Shown in pieces: positions 28,169-37,420 of a DNA stretch of 64,000 bases (position 1 is the first letter of the stretch; every line of letters begins with the position of its first letter). The stretch is from contig JAKSIK010000012.1 of the NCBI GenBank assembly GCA_024398835.1, positions 4,540-68,539 of the forward strand, written 5' to 3'. A program made the position numbers and the translations under genes. Source of the stretch: Fibrobacter sp. (GTDB taxonomy: Bacteria; Fibrobacterota; Fibrobacteria; Fibrobacterales; Fibrobacteraceae). The notes under the pieces are model-generated. The model was not told the origin of the DNA and did no database searches. It saw only the letters and a list, made by a program, of their open reading frames with translations.

Positions 28169-28458
28169 TAATCCATCAATTCATAAAATAAATCCTTCCA
28201 TTCAGGATTCATAGAACTTATCATATCAAGCTTCTTTTGCCTAGAACCAGCCTTAATCTTTTTCTCTCGTTCAATTGCCAAAACAATACTTGTGTGTTCT
28301 TCAAAATAACCCAGCTTATCCACTTTGTACTTTGCGGTAAAGCCCTTTATCAATGATTTGTGTTCTTGAATACGCCTCTTTAAGTTGTTTGTAACGCCAA
28401 CATAAAGGGTTCCATTCGGACGATTAAAAAGAATGTATGTGTACGATTTTTCTTGCAT
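28168..28458 (-). CDS. GIY-YIG nuclease family protein (stand-alone, COG2827-like)
   Basis: YTYIL...TLYVGVT..L.RR..EH, GFTAKY, AIEREKKIK, NPEWKDL. Confidence 0.93.
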   Translation of the reverse strand: MQEKSYTYILFNRPNGTLYVGVTNNLKRRIQEHKSLIKGFTAKYKVDKLGYFEEHTSIVLAIEREKKIKAGSRQKKLDMISSMNPEWKDLFYELMD

Positions 28459-28487
28459 AGAGAGCCAAATTACAAAATTTGCAATTA

Positions 28488-28572
28488 GATTGCCGCGGCC
28501 TTCGGCCTCGCAATGACGTTTTTATTATACAGCCTCGCAATGACGTTTTTATCATACGGCCTCGCAACGATG
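28488..28572. repeat. right arm: full CGTC REP (inverted) plus two 27-bp half-REP units
   Basis: GATTGCCGCGGCCTTCGGCCTCGCAATGACG at 28488-28518; units TTTTTATYATACRGCCTCGCAAYGAYG to 28572. Confidence 0.95.
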
Positions 28573-28599
28573 TTTTCCACGCCCCAAAATACTACATAC

Positions 28600-28627
28600 A
28601 AAAAGAGCCTGCCGAAGCAGACTCTTA
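28600..28627 (-). terminator. terminator for the fibro-slime gene
   Basis: AAAAGAGCCTGC-CGAA-GCAGACTCTT hairpin. Confidence 0.7.
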
Positions 28628-28689
28628 AATTTTTAGTGCTGTATAATTAACGCGTTAGATTGCCGTGTGCTTTCACGCACGACGCCCAA

Positions 28690-31600
28690 TTACTTCACCA
28701 AGCCCTTGCCGCGCTTAGCGCCCCAGACTTCGGTTTCTTCGGTCTTACCCTTCTTACCTCTATCGGCAAGTTTTACATAGGTATTCATCTTAGCGATATA
28801 GGCGCCTGTTCCCACCAAGCGTTTCTTCTCAGAAAGCATATTCCATGCAATGTAGAAGTTCTGCTGGTTTTTCATACAATCGGAACCGCCGAAGTATTCC
28901 TTACCATACTTTTTCTTGTTTATCTCATCCTTACAGTAAATGCGACCGCTCTGCTCGGCAACAAAGCCACCCAGGTTGGTAAAATACTGTACCTTGTAAT
29001 TAAAGTATACATCGTTGATCTTATCGGGATACTTCGCAAAATATGCCTCCGTAGCACTATCCTTACTCATGAAGGCACTAATGTCTGACTTCACTATGAA
29101 GCCCAGAGTATTAGGATAAAGTTTTTTCACTTCATCCTTACCTGCAGTAGTAGGAATCATGAACACTTCACCCACAGGAGTCTTCTTGGCATCTATTTCG
29201 CCATTCATTACTGCAAAGTTCACAGAGTAAACTTCCACAGAGTAATCACCAGTGATAACCACCCAAGAAGAGGGCAAACGCTTTGTTGCATTGTAATGCG
29301 TGGGAGAATTCCAATGCATAGAATCATCAGAAGCAGCACGGACCGCTTCGCCAGAAATATCCGTAGTGTCACTCCACACCCATGTGTCCGCACGGAAGCG
29401 GATGTAATCACCTAAACGCGGAGTTGGATTTGTTGGCTGAGTTTTATCATACAACAAAGATACTCTTGTAGTCTTTAAACCACTAGGTGCGGTTGTTCCA
29501 CTAGGGGTAGCATAACGTTTATCTTCGGATACTTCCACCGCAGAATTCATGTAGAAGGTAAACGGAGACTTAGTTACCGCGGTATCCAGCAACTTTACAG
29601 GTTCAGAGAAAGTCACAGACAGTCGGTTTGTCTTCTCGCTAGCATTCTCCACACGGGCGCTAAGAATAACTGGTGCTATGCGATCCGTAATGATGCCATC
29701 GAAAGCACCCTTCGTTTCTTTGCCTTTCCACTTATAAACGGCATAGGAGAGAACCGTTCCAGAGCCAAAGGTCTTTACATCGGAAGAGAATGTAGAATCC
29801 GAGACAAAGCGCAATATGCTGTCTCCTTTAACATACGCCTTGGCAATCTGTTCCTGAGTGAAGCTATAGGCACATCTCGTTGATGTATCACGTACGTCAT
29901 TAGAAATACCCAAATCATATGGCCTAATTGTTTCTTCACTATTCTCATCCCAGTTCACGCAAATATATGTGGGCAGAGAGTCCGGGTGAATCGGCCTATC
30001 GTAGATAATGGCAATAGAATCTGCCTTACCATCCAGATAGTTCTTCGAAGAAGAGTAGTATGGTTCAGGAATCACCAACGCACCCAAAGAAGGGCCCTTC
30101 ACATCAAAGATATCTACCATATTCGGAATAGGTACCGGCGGTTTGTAGAAGTGCATATTGCCATATTCCGCAAAGATGTCCGGATTCTCAATACTGCCCA
30201 CCTTGATAGACACAGAATTAGGCGGAATAAATTCAGCAGAAGAACGAATCATGATGGTAGCAACGCCCTTCACGAATCCAGAATTCTTGCTTATCAGCTT
30301 TCCACTACTATTGTCGTCAATCAAATCCACTGTAAACTGGCATTCCTCACAAATCTTGTTTGTTGTGGGGTCAATCACCAGCAAATACAGAGGTACGTAC
30401 TGTCCCACCCAGTGGAAGTATTCTTCACCGGTGGAATCAGCATCAGGATCCTGAAGCACCGGATGAACAAAGCCAATAGGATTACCCTTCTCATCAAAAC
30501 TTGAAGGGGTACCAAATTCAAACTTCGGGGCGAAGAACGTGACGGACAAAACTTCAGAGCGAACTGCTGCTGTCACCGCCATCGATGTTCCCGTCATGCC
30601 AGCCAAAGGCAAGGTCATCCAAACCGTATCTACACCAGATTCTCCAATCATCCCATTGTATGGTGTTTTCAAAGGAATCGTATCTGTCTCAGACTTGTAA
30701 AGAGAAGCACCTCCAGACACCTGTAAAGTATATCCTTGATTCATTGCAGAAAGAAGGTCAATGCCACCATTACCATCAGGAGCAGACACATACACAGGAA
30801 CCCGTGTACCAGCAAGCGCCTGATTCACCACTTTCCATGTCTGGCCCGCGTATGCCTGTTGCTGAGCATTCAATTCATCGCCAGCCACCGGAGAGAATGT
30901 AGCGTCCTTGGTAACCACATCTAAATTACCCTTCACCCTGAAGGTGATGTAGGTTTTGGTGCTGGAACCAGACACCGCAATCACCAAGCGATAGGATCCA
31001 GGGCTCAACCCACTAATCTTATCAAGATTAATCTTCGGGTCATAGGGGTCCGTCAAATCAATAGCACCAAGCCACAATTTGTCGGAACCGTTCCAGCGTT
31101 TCACTTCTTCATTAGTTCTTGTAGTAACGTAGTACTCCAGAGTCACTCCGTACTGGGCGATAGCTGCACCACAAGCTTGCTTTTCGCCTTCCTTCTTCTG
31201 CCCAGCAGTACCCATAGCAATATCAGCACAGGTGCCACTACCAGTTTCCTTCCAGCACACCTCGTAGGAAGTACTGCCATCAGGATTCTTGTAGGTGCCA
31301 TCTGCAGCCTTCTTCGGAGTAATGTCTAGGCCCGTAGACTGCTTGATGTACATGTTCGTCTTGATACGCACGTTACTCATGGTAGTACGGCGGTCACAGA
31401 AGAATATGTCAATGGGATATTCGCCGCCTGGAACAAGGGCATTGCCATCCCTATCCTTGATATCATCCAAACGCACATAACCCGGAGCCGCTAGATGCGT
31501 ACCACCCAAGTCTACAGCCAGACGGCCACCGATAAACACCCAAATGTCATCGTCACCGCGGAAGGTGAATCGCTGACCAGGCTTGTAGGTAAAGGTGGCA

Positions 31601-33084
31601 TGACTTTCAAAGCAGAAGTGCTGGTTGCGGGGCTGGCCCGTCCATGCATTAGACCAATTCCAAACCCCAGGTTTACCATCAGTTTCAAAGATACCATTGC
31701 CACAATCAACGGCTGCACCACCATAGTAGGAGCCGCTCCAACCAGGTCCCTTACAGTAAAGGTCAATTATAGGAACCTTCTCCACAGGGTCCAGTTGAGA
31801 ATAATATTCATTCACAGGCACTGGACCATCTGCATTACGGAAAGTTCTTGCTCTAGCATCCGAGGGATGTCCTCCAGCTGCGGTAATCTTGGCATCTGTG
31901 ACGTCATCTACCGGATAGAACCCTCCCTTGGGATAATTAGGCTGACTCCGATAGTTATCGGAATTGAACTCCCACTTTCCATCCGCAGAGCGGCTAAACG
32001 GAAGGTCATAGCAAGACATTTCGTTCACACCAGATGTTTCAACAAACATCTTATTAAACCATGTGGAATCCGGGAAGCAAGCCTGAGCATTCGCAGTATT
32101 GGCACGATGAGGTTTATTATCCGGGCCCAAAAGTTCCTGAACAATACCCGTCCGAACACCCAAGCAGGCATTAATGGCAGTTCCACCAGTTTCACCGCAA
32201 CCACCATAGCAAGAGAAATAGGGATGAAGGCTTGCATCGGTATCATAAATAACTGCTGCTAGCTCGTAGGAGCATATACCTTCCTCTTCAGGATCAATTG
32301 CCGACATGGTTCCATCTACAGACATGAACACGTCATTGGAACCAAACTCCTCAAACTTCGCTTTTATAGGAATAGGGGTCAAATCATCGGCACCATTTAA
32401 TCCGAACACATTTTCTGGAGAATCGTCTAGGAAGATAATGGCAGATTCTGCCGGTTCTTGGTCCATATACACCAACTGGTACCAACCACAACGATTCGGG
32501 TCTGCAGTTAAGTACTCGAAAGTTGCGCCACCATCAAAACTAATCACCGGAGCAGAAGCCAACCAGTCTTTGTCGTCTGGCAACAAGAAATGGAATGTTT
32601 TAATATTTGGAACTGATGTTGTAATGAGGGTCGTCCCAGGATTCTTGGGATTTTCCATTATGTAGACAGTACTTCCTGCCCCTGGGCAAGGAATATTAGA
32701 CATGGCATCTTGACCTATCTGCATTCCCGCATTCCAAGCACCCTTATTAACGCATTCCTTTCCTTCCCATAAAGCACCGCCATTGGACAAGCCAAATGTT
32801 GTGCGATCGTTCCATTGTCCAGGAGTGTAAGAGCCTAAGTCTATGGAAACATAACCATCGGCATCCACCTCCACCGGATAGACAACACTGACTTTTTGTT
32901 CATATGTAACATTAACGGCCGTCCAATCATCAGGTTTTTTGAACATCACCGTACCAAAACACTTTCCGGCATTCGCATTCCCCGCCAAACCAGTGACGAC
33001 CATCACTGCCAGTGGGAGCGCTGCGCACAGAGCAGACTTAAAAGAATGAACTTTACCAAAGAACGAAATTTTAGATGTCTTCAT
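28690..33084 (-). CDS. fibro-slime domain surface protein (1464 aa)
   Basis: signal peptide; NQHFCFESHATFTY...FTFRGDDDIWVFIGGRLAVDLGGTH...DIFFCDRRTTMSN fibro-slime (PA14-like) motif; basic C-terminus with GTGAYIAK. Confidence 0.92.
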   Translation of the reverse strand: MKTSKISFFGKVHSFKSALCAALPLAVMVVTGLAGNANAGKCFGTVMFKKPDDWTAVNVTYEQKVSVVYPVEVDADGYVSIDLGSYTPGQWNDRTTFGLSNGGALWEGKECVNKGAWNAGMQIGQDAMSNIPCPGAGSTVYIMENPKNPGTTLITTSVPNIKTFHFLLPDDKDWLASAPVISFDGGATFEYLTADPNRCGWYQLVYMDQEPAESAIIFLDDSPENVFGLNGADDLTPIPIKAKFEEFGSNDVFMSVDGTMSAIDPEEEGICSYELAAVIYDTDASLHPYFSCYGGCGETGGTAINACLGVRTGIVQELLGPDNKPHRANTANAQACFPDSTWFNKMFVETSGVNEMSCYDLPFSRSADGKWEFNSDNYRSQPNYPKGGFYPVDDVTDAKITAAGGHPSDARARTFRNADGPVPVNEYYSQLDPVEKVPIIDLYCKGPGWSGSYYGGAAVDCGNGIFETDGKPGVWNWSNAWTGQPRNQHFCFESHATFTYKPGQRFTFRGDDDIWVFIGGRLAVDLGGTHLAAPGYVRLDDIKDRDGNALVPGGEYPIDIFFCDRRTTMSNVRIKTNMYIKQSTGLDITPKKAADGTYKNPDGSTSYEVCWKETGSGTCADIAMGTAGQKKEGEKQACGAAIAQYGVTLEYYVTTRTNEEVKRWNGSDKLWLGAIDLTDPYDPKINLDKISGLSPGSYRLVIAVSGSSTKTYITFRVKGNLDVVTKDATFSPVAGDELNAQQQAYAGQTWKVVNQALAGTRVPVYVSAPDGNGGIDLLSAMNQGYTLQVSGGASLYKSETDTIPLKTPYNGMIGESGVDTVWMTLPLAGMTGTSMAVTAAVRSEVLSVTFFAPKFEFGTPSSFDEKGNPIGFVHPVLQDPDADSTGEEYFHWVGQYVPLYLLVIDPTTNKICEECQFTVDLIDDNSSGKLISKNSGFVKGVATIMIRSSAEFIPPNSVSIKVGSIENPDIFAEYGNMHFYKPPVPIPNMVDIFDVKGPSLGALVIPEPYYSSSKNYLDGKADSIAIIYDRPIHPDSLPTYICVNWDENSEETIRPYDLGISNDVRDTSTRCAYSFTQEQIAKAYVKGDSILRFVSDSTFSSDVKTFGSGTVLSYAVYKWKGKETKGAFDGIITDRIAPVILSARVENASEKTNRLSVTFSEPVKLLDTAVTKSPFTFYMNSAVEVSEDKRYATPSGTTAPSGLKTTRVSLLYDKTQPTNPTPRLGDYIRFRADTWVWSDTTDISGEAVRAASDDSMHWNSPTHYNATKRLPSSWVVITGDYSVEVYSVNFAVMNGEIDAKKTPVGEVFMIPTTAGKDEVKKLYPNTLGFIVKSDISAFMSKDSATEAYFAKYPDKINDVYFNYKVQYFTNLGGFVAEQSGRIYCKDEINKKKYGKEYFGGSDCMKNQQNFYIAWNMLSEKKRLVGTGAYIAKMNTYVKLADRGKKGKTEETEVWGAKRGKGLVK

Positions 33085-33304
33085 AAAATTTTTCCAAATT
33101 TGGTTTATATAGGTATACCGCCACTAAATTTACCCTTTTATTGGAGAAAAATCAAAGGGTATTTATAAAAAGGGGGCTTTTTCAGCCCTATTTCCCTATT
33201 TGCAGAAATGAGTTAGACAAATCACGTTTTTCTGCAAAAAAAAAGACGCCGAAGGCGCCTTAATCCGTAAATTTTTATTAACAAACAAGCAAGCTAGACC
33301 AGTT

Positions 33305-33640
33305 TTACCCCTCGCCACCCTTCTTGCTGAACTTGGTCACCACGTCGGGGACAATATCCATCACCTTGGACACTAGAGAGCTGTCCTTGGTAATAGGCAT
33401 AATGCGAACGTCCTCACCATTAATAACCAGGAACGCCACCGGATCAACAGAAGCTCCTCCGCCAGAAGCAGTGAGTTCTCCCTTGCCCGCGTGACCACCA
33501 AGGCCAAAGCCCACGGACACACGACTAACAGGAACCACCGTAGCAGCCCCTGCCTGGATGGGTTTACCGATTACCGTCTCCGCCTGAGTAATGAAGCGGA
33601 GCTTTTCAAGAAGCGTTTCTGCAAATTTTTCTATAGCCAT
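33305..33640 (-). CDS. GerW/YtfJ family protein
   Basis: TVIGKPI...VPVSRVSVGFGLGG...GGGASVDPVAFLVI. Confidence 0.88.
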   Translation of the reverse strand: MAIEKFAETLLEKLRFITQAETVIGKPIQAGAATVVPVSRVSVGFGLGGHAGKGELTASGGGASVDPVAFLVINGEDVRIMPITKDSSLVSKVMDIVPDVVTKFSKKGGEG

Positions 33641-33657
33641 GATATTAATATAATTAA

Positions 33658-33862
33658 AAATTCACAATTCATAATTCACAATTAAAAAATAACCGTTCTT
33701 GGATTGCCGCGCTACGCTCGCAATGACGTTTCTGATAATTCTCATATCTCATAATTCATAATTTATAATTAAAAAATCATCGTTCCTGGATTGCCGCGCT
33801 ACGCTCGCAATGACGTTTCCGATGTTTCTCATACCTCATACTTCGTAATTCATAATTAATAA
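33658..33862. repeat. composite repeat: heptamer arrays plus two CGTC REPs in direct orientation (87-bp period)
   Basis: GATTGCCGCGCTACGCTCGCAATGACG at 33702-33728 and 33789-33815, identical to the 16865 copy. Confidence 0.92.
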
Positions 33863-33867
33863 TTATG

Positions 33868-34677
33868 TCAGTATCTGGATTCGAAAACCCGGTCTGCGGC
33901 AATGAAGAACAACCGTTCCAAATCAAACCAATCCAAGTAGCCCCATAAACAAACCACGCGACCGCCGGGGAGCAGGGTCGCCATGGCATTAGTCCCATCG
34001 CCACTGCGGAAATACACATTTTCGCGACTTATAGCGATGCCCTTCGGTTCCACCCGATGTAGCTGGTTAACCCAGCGTTCATAGGCGTCCGTTTCCACCA
34101 CATCCCAACTGCGGGCTACATTCCAGCGGAGCGCCCCGTCGCCATAGCTCTGAATGAGCACCGGGAATTCCGCACCACCGCCAAGGAAGTTCTGGGTCTG
34201 AATGGAGGTGCGCCCCGGCAAACGATGTTCAAAAGGCAAGCTCAAAAATTCCTGCGGGAACCCGGCCCTATAGCCGGGGAAGTTGCGGACGTAGTTTTCC
34301 AGTTGACTGCGTTCGTAGCGGCGGAAACTGTCATGCCGGAAAATGAAAATGCGGGCATCGGACCGAATGCTCTGCTCCATGAATTCTCCACGAATGATGG
34401 GATGGATTCCCTGAAAACGGCCGCTATTCATGTAGTAGTCCAGCGCATAGACGTCGCTTTTGAATTCCAGGACAGAAATGTCCAGGGTGTCACCAAACTG
34501 CGTCAAATAGCGGAAGTCGATTTGACGGGAAAAGCCATTCCCCACCTGACTGATGGAATCCTCCACCACTGAAATGGGGGCGCGATTTTCGTATGAGATT
34601 TGTGATAATGGTATGGGGGTTTCCTCTGGGGCGCAAGCCATCAGGAGGAGCGCTACCGCGAGCAAAAACTTTTTCAT
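33868..34677 (-). CDS. hypothetical lipoprotein
   Basis: MKKFLLAVALLLMAC lipobox; ATG 34677 overlaps the upstream stop (ATGA). Confidence 0.75.
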   Translation of the reverse strand: MKKFLLAVALLLMACAPEETPIPLSQISYENRAPISVVEDSISQVGNGFSRQIDFRYLTQFGDTLDISVLEFKSDVYALDYYMNSGRFQGIHPIIRGEFMEQSIRSDARIFIFRHDSFRRYERSQLENYVRNFPGYRAGFPQEFLSLPFEHRLPGRTSIQTQNFLGGGAEFPVLIQSYGDGALRWNVARSWDVVETDAYERWVNQLHRVEPKGIAISRENVYFRSGDGTNAMATLLPGGRVVCLWGYLDWFDLERLFFIAADRVFESRY

Positions 34678-35540
34678 CCGCGGGCCTCCCCGTAGCCGCA
34701 AAACTCAAACAGCGGGCACTGGGCGCAATGGTCCGTCACTTCGCGACAAATAAAATCAGACTCTCCCTGCTCCAAAAAGAACTGCAATGCGTGAGACGCG
34801 GTGTAAGGATTTTTGGGCGCGAGCGCCTCATAAATTTCGCCAGCCATTTTCTGCTTTGCTTCCGGCGCCAAGTCCGCAAAGCCACCATCCTTTGCTGGCC
34901 CGAGAATGGCGAGAAAGCGTCTAGCGCCCATAGTAAGCGGGAGCGGCGGGAGTTTCGTGGATTGCGATATTGAGGGCAAGGACCGCGGCGTTGAGGACAA
35001 TGGCTGCGCGACCTTTAGCCCAAGCCCCATAGGCGCAGGCGCAAGAAATCGATAGATGGCAGCGCAGGCCTTAGGACGCGGGTTATGCTTCCCCATAAAG
35101 TAAATCTCGCCCAGATCACGCCAGAGGCCCTCGGGCGTGCGGCTTTGGAGCAATTCCGCAAGGTTCTCATGATGCCGCACAAAGAGGCCCACACTCCAGA
35201 AAATTCCAGACACGTGAGGAAACAAGGACCAGGTTCTGCAATCTAGAACCTTCTCTACAATCTTTTCAATTTCTCCGCCGCGAGGAACGGGCAAAGTCCA
35301 CAATTTTTCTTCAGGAAATTTGGCGTACAAGGCTTGCAGCAAACGCTGCAGCTCAAAATAACTGATGTCCTGGAATAAAGCCGTTCCAAGAATGCACCAT
35401 GCAATTTTGGAATCAATGGATTTACATTGCGAAGCGACACTCATCACCGGGTCTTCTACCCGAGAAAACATCTGAACGAACTTCTGCGCTCCCTTGAACA
35501 GCAGCGGCTCGTCATGAATGAATCGCTTAACCGAAACCAT
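34674..35540 (-). CDS. HhH-GPD/DUF2400-like protein with C-terminal EndoIII-type [4Fe-4S] motif
   Basis: CREVTDHCAQCPLFEFC = C-x6-C-x2-C-x5-C. Confidence 0.6.
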   Translation of the reverse strand: MVSVKRFIHDEPLLFKGAQKFVQMFSRVEDPVMSVASQCKSIDSKIAWCILGTALFQDISYFELQRLLQALYAKFPEEKLWTLPVPRGGEIEKIVEKVLDCRTWSLFPHVSGIFWSVGLFVRHHENLAELLQSRTPEGLWRDLGEIYFMGKHNPRPKACAAIYRFLAPAPMGLGLKVAQPLSSTPRSLPSISQSTKLPPLPLTMGARRFLAILGPAKDGGFADLAPEAKQKMAGEIYEALAPKNPYTASHALQFFLEQGESDFICREVTDHCAQCPLFEFCGYGEARG

Positions 35541-35543
35541 AGC

Positions 35544-36395
35544 CTAAAGGGCCTCGCCCACCTTTACCGCCTGACCTACACGAGACTTGAACAAATTCGG
35601 CATCCGTTCCCGAATCTTTTTATCCACCACCAGAATGACGGTACTGCCCATTTCAAAGCGGCCAAGCTCCCCACCTTTCTCGAAATTCACTTCTGTAGCG
35701 GGTTTCCAATCCAACCTCTTTTTATTTCGTGGCAAACGGCCGGCATTGGTGAGTAGATCATCGGAGTAAACCACACCGATACGGCCCACATTGGTCGCGC
35801 CCACCTTCACCACCAAAATTTCAGAACCATCCTCCAAACGGATGCGGCTGGTAAGGCGTTCATTGATGCAGAAAAGGCCTTCCACACGTTCCACGCTGCC
35901 CACATTTACGGGCCAAAGCGTGCCGGGGCAATAGCTAGCATCCACCAGGGTTCCCTTCACGGGGCTGTGAATGCGGTGATAGTTGAAAGGGGCGAGGTAA
36001 ATCGTAGCAAAGGCGCCACCTTCAAAGCGTTTTGCCATTTCGTCATCGCGGAGCAAATCCCGCAAAGAATAGGTCTTTCCCTTAGCCTGAATCAGTTCCT
36101 GCTTACCATCAAAAGTTGCCGTCTGGGAGAGAACTCCATCCACAGGGCTCACGATTTCTGCGTCTGCCACAGGGCGTGCGCCAGGCTTGAGTTTACGGAT
36201 GAACAAATCCCCAATGTTGCGGTAATGGCTGAGCGGAAACTCCGACTCTTCCATGTTCAGTTTGTAGTAAGAGGCAAAAAGATTTTTTGCAATAGTACTC
36301 ACCAAAGGAAGGCGCAAGCGAGTAATGGCACCGAAGGCACGACTAGCCGCATTCTTCGGCAAAAGCTTCATAAAAACATAAAAGGCGCTGTTCAT
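35544..36395 (-). CDS. psd: phosphatidylserine decarboxylase proenzyme
   Basis: SPVDG, YLAPFNYHRIHSP, NER, VGATNVG, GRFEMGST cleavage motif. Confidence 0.95.
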   Translation of the reverse strand: MNSAFYVFMKLLPKNAASRAFGAITRLRLPLVSTIAKNLFASYYKLNMEESEFPLSHYRNIGDLFIRKLKPGARPVADAEIVSPVDGVLSQTATFDGKQELIQAKGKTYSLRDLLRDDEMAKRFEGGAFATIYLAPFNYHRIHSPVKGTLVDASYCPGTLWPVNVGSVERVEGLFCINERLTSRIRLEDGSEILVVKVGATNVGRIGVVYSDDLLTNAGRLPRNKKRLDWKPATEVNFEKGGELGRFEMGSTVILVVDKKIRERMPNLFKSRVGQAVKVGEAL

Positions 36396-36465
36396 ATTGA
36401 GAAAAGTAGTAAAATAAATTTAAATCTCAACTGCATCAAAGAATGCAGACCTATTCGTTACAATA

Positions 36466-36494
36466 GATCGCCACGCCTTCGGCTCGCGATGACG
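36466..36494. repeat. solo CGTC REP variant
   Basis: GATCGCCACGCCTTCGGCTCGCGATGACG. Confidence 0.85.
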
Positions 36495-36526
36495 CAAAAA
36501 AAAGAAAATTCTATGACGGGTGATAT

Positions 36527-37360
36527 CTAATGGGATTCCAGTTTGGAGAAATCTACACTGAACATTTTGGAAAGTCTGGGAGAGAAAGGTGTCGCCCATT
36601 CCTTTTCGGGAGCCACCCTACTCGTAGTTGCGGCAGTCCATTCGGAATAAGTCAAAAAGACCAGCTCGCCATAACGACCATCCCAGAGAGTCCAGAGGAT
36701 TTTCCAGGTGTAGCCACCGCTCTTCCCCAAATCGGGAATCATCTCTACATCCATGGCCACAGGAATGGAAATGTAGCGCAGGGCATAGCGACTTGCAATT
36801 TCTTGCATCAGATTTTTCAAAGTCTGCGGAACCTCGCGCGTGTAGGCTTGTTCAACGCCATCACGCTCCACCCACGGGGAATAGTCCGCAAGTTTCTTTC
36901 CGTCTGCAAAAATGCTATTCAAGAATTTTGCCGCCACAGAATCAATGTAGAGCGAATCTTCGTCCGGAAGTCGCATGCCCGGAAGCATCAACTCCCGCTG
37001 CATTTTCGGGAAGGCAGCCACAAAGACGGAATCCTCCACACGGGCGAGATCGAAATCCAAGGCCTCTGCGCTAAAACTGTGGCAGAACTTGCACTTTTCA
37101 GGCCGTTTTGCATTCACCTTCAAGGCAGGAAACACGCCTACGACAGCGTTAGAATCCAAGCGAGAAAATGCAGTCTGATTCCATTCCCGGTAGAATTTTT
37201 CATCCGTAATTTTCAGTTCGATATCGCCACGGGAGCCGCATTCCTCACAAGGAGTGTCGCCCATGCCGCTAGCATCCGATTCGCCACCGCCGGCAGAGCC
37301 CGCACAGGCGGTAAGAACCGCAAAAACAAGCATCAAAAGACAAAAAGATATCCTTTTCAT
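36527..37360 (-). CDS. hypothetical lipoprotein with two CxxC motifs
   Basis: lipobox LTAC; CEEC and CKFCH motifs. Confidence 0.72.
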   Translation of the reverse strand: MKRISFCLLMLVFAVLTACAGSAGGGESDASGMGDTPCEECGSRGDIELKITDEKFYREWNQTAFSRLDSNAVVGVFPALKVNAKRPEKCKFCHSFSAEALDFDLARVEDSVFVAAFPKMQRELMLPGMRLPDEDSLYIDSVAAKFLNSIFADGKKLADYSPWVERDGVEQAYTREVPQTLKNLMQEIASRYALRYISIPVAMDVEMIPDLGKSGGYTWKILWTLWDGRYGELVFLTYSEWTAATTSRVAPEKEWATPFSPRLSKMFSVDFSKLESH

Positions 37361-37405
37361 GCTTGAAAATATACGAAAAATCCCAGAACTCTGGCTCTCG
37401 TTAGT

Positions 37406-37413
37406 TATATTTG
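37406..37413 (+). promoter_or_regulatory. putative -7 promoter element (TAnnTTTG) of ffh
   Basis: TATATTTG 7 nt before the ATG; matches the Bacteroidota-type sigma consensus; no SD. Confidence 0.55.
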
Positions 37414-37420
37414 GCCTACT

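Noticed and set aside
33305..33640. YtfJ/GerW and SpoIID genes as evidence of sporulation
   Set aside because: Both families occur widely in non-sporulating bacteria, and the context is a diderm envelope (lolA, beta-barrels).
33777..34019. Small ORFs ending in REP-derived peptides (RHCERSAAIQ; also 27936..28166 and 16614..16953)
   Set aside because: They are chance translations of repeats overlapping real genes.
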